Below are positions 63,079 through 64,000 of a stretch of DNA of 64,000 nt, piece after piece; positions within the stretch are counted from its first letter, which is position 1; each line of letters opens with the position of its first letter. The stretch covers positions 23,002,001 to 23,066,000 of the forward strand of contig CM060732.1 of assembly GCA_030704615.1 (NCBI GenBank), read 5' to 3'. The notes below the pieces were generated by a model. That model made no database searches, had not been told where the DNA came from, and saw only the letters and a program-made list of their open reading frames with translations. This stretch comes from Takakia lepidozioides (lineage: Eukaryota > Plantae > Bryophyta). The position numbers and the translations under genes are program-made.

Positions 63079-63960
63079 TTAGCTAAGCAAGGTAATGGTG
63101 GAGAGGCATTTGAACTCTCTGAACGTAATGTGGTCGGACTTCACCCCCTCCCACATCAATTGCTCATAGGTCTCCAAAACCTGCAATCCCCGCCCCTGTT
63201 GTGCATGTCCTGCGATCATCACTTTCCACGACACCACATTTCGCTCAGCCATATTGTTGAACACTCCCTATCTAGAAGGGTATTCATGTTCAGAATGACA
63301 TCTACCACAATTCTAGCTTTGACGATGCCATGGACCTCTTTGCCCTTCTCCAACAGGCTCGCACATGCACTACAAACACAAACAAACGTAATGTGCTCGG
63401 GCTTCACCCCCTAGACCCACATCATTTGCTCATAGGTCTCCAAAACCCGCAATCCTCGCCCATGTTGTGCATGTCCTGCGATCATCACGTTCCACCACAC
63501 CACATTTCGCTCAGCCATATTATTAAACACTCCTTGTCCACAAGGGAATGCTCCCACGTTTGGCATACATGTCGACGAGGTATTGTTACATCTGGTACAA
63601 TTCCAGCTTTGACAATGTCACGATGGACCTCTTTGCCCTTTACCAAGTCTCCAGGGCTGCCAGGTTTGCACATGCATTGCAAACACAAATGAACGTGACC
63701 CGGTCAGGCTGCACCTCTTCTCAACATTTGCTCATATGTCTCCAATGCCCTCATCCCGCACACATGCTGGCCATATCTTGCGAGATTCGGCGTGTTCCTT
63801 GAGACAACATCTTGTTCAGCCATGTTATCAAACTCTCCCTTCGCAACTTCATAGGTTTCCAAAGCCTCCATCCCACGTCCCTGCTGTGCATACCCTGCAA
63901 GCATCGCACTCCACGACACTACATCTCGGCAAAACAGGCTGAAATAGCTCGAAGAAGAAG
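63079..63960 (-). pseudogene. Degenerate PLS-class pentatricopeptide-repeat gene fragments
   Basis: Repeated FNNMAERNVVSW..MIAG.AQQG.G..L..YEQM...G.KP..ITF and GKEVH motifs in several frames. Confidence 0.8.
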
Positions 63961-64000
63961 GTGCCCTCACCACATTGTCCTCTACCTTGTGTCATGACCC

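Overview
Repeat-dense eukaryotic DNA, almost certainly from a land plant and probably a seed-free lineage (spliceosomal introns, PLS-class PPR remnants, plant RPS3a/RPS7 fragments). No intact host gene is present. The window is a nest of transposons. (1) A minus-strand CACTA/EnSpm transposase gene is split into three pieces (60457-62857, 21865-22536, 2130-2585). (2) A ~19.3-kb Mutator-like element (2586-21864) has a 10-11-bp TSD, a GCM-like/MULE-DDE/SWIM transposase and a divergently transcribed multi-exon gene joining a ParB/Srx-like domain to a beta-class N6-adenine/N4-cytosine DNA-methyltransferase-like domain. Its predicted first intron holds a ~9-kb higher-order array of ~40-bp hairpins. 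(3) Two more diverged copies of the ParB-MTase gene occur (34090-37476 +, 40801-45477 -). The latter lies in a second MULE (from 37585) with its own divergent transposase, and each copy carries its own family of palindromes. (4) Two Ty3/Gypsy copies encode a C5-cytosine methyltransferase between protease and RT and a PHD finger after integrase. Instead of two equal LTRs they have split direct repeats (A...B-A-B) with a palindromic GACAGCTGTC junction. The best candidates for undescribed biology are the MULE-borne ParB-methyltransferase/palindrome-array system and the split-repeat DNMT-Gypsy. Domain calls come from motif recognition by eye; no searches were run.
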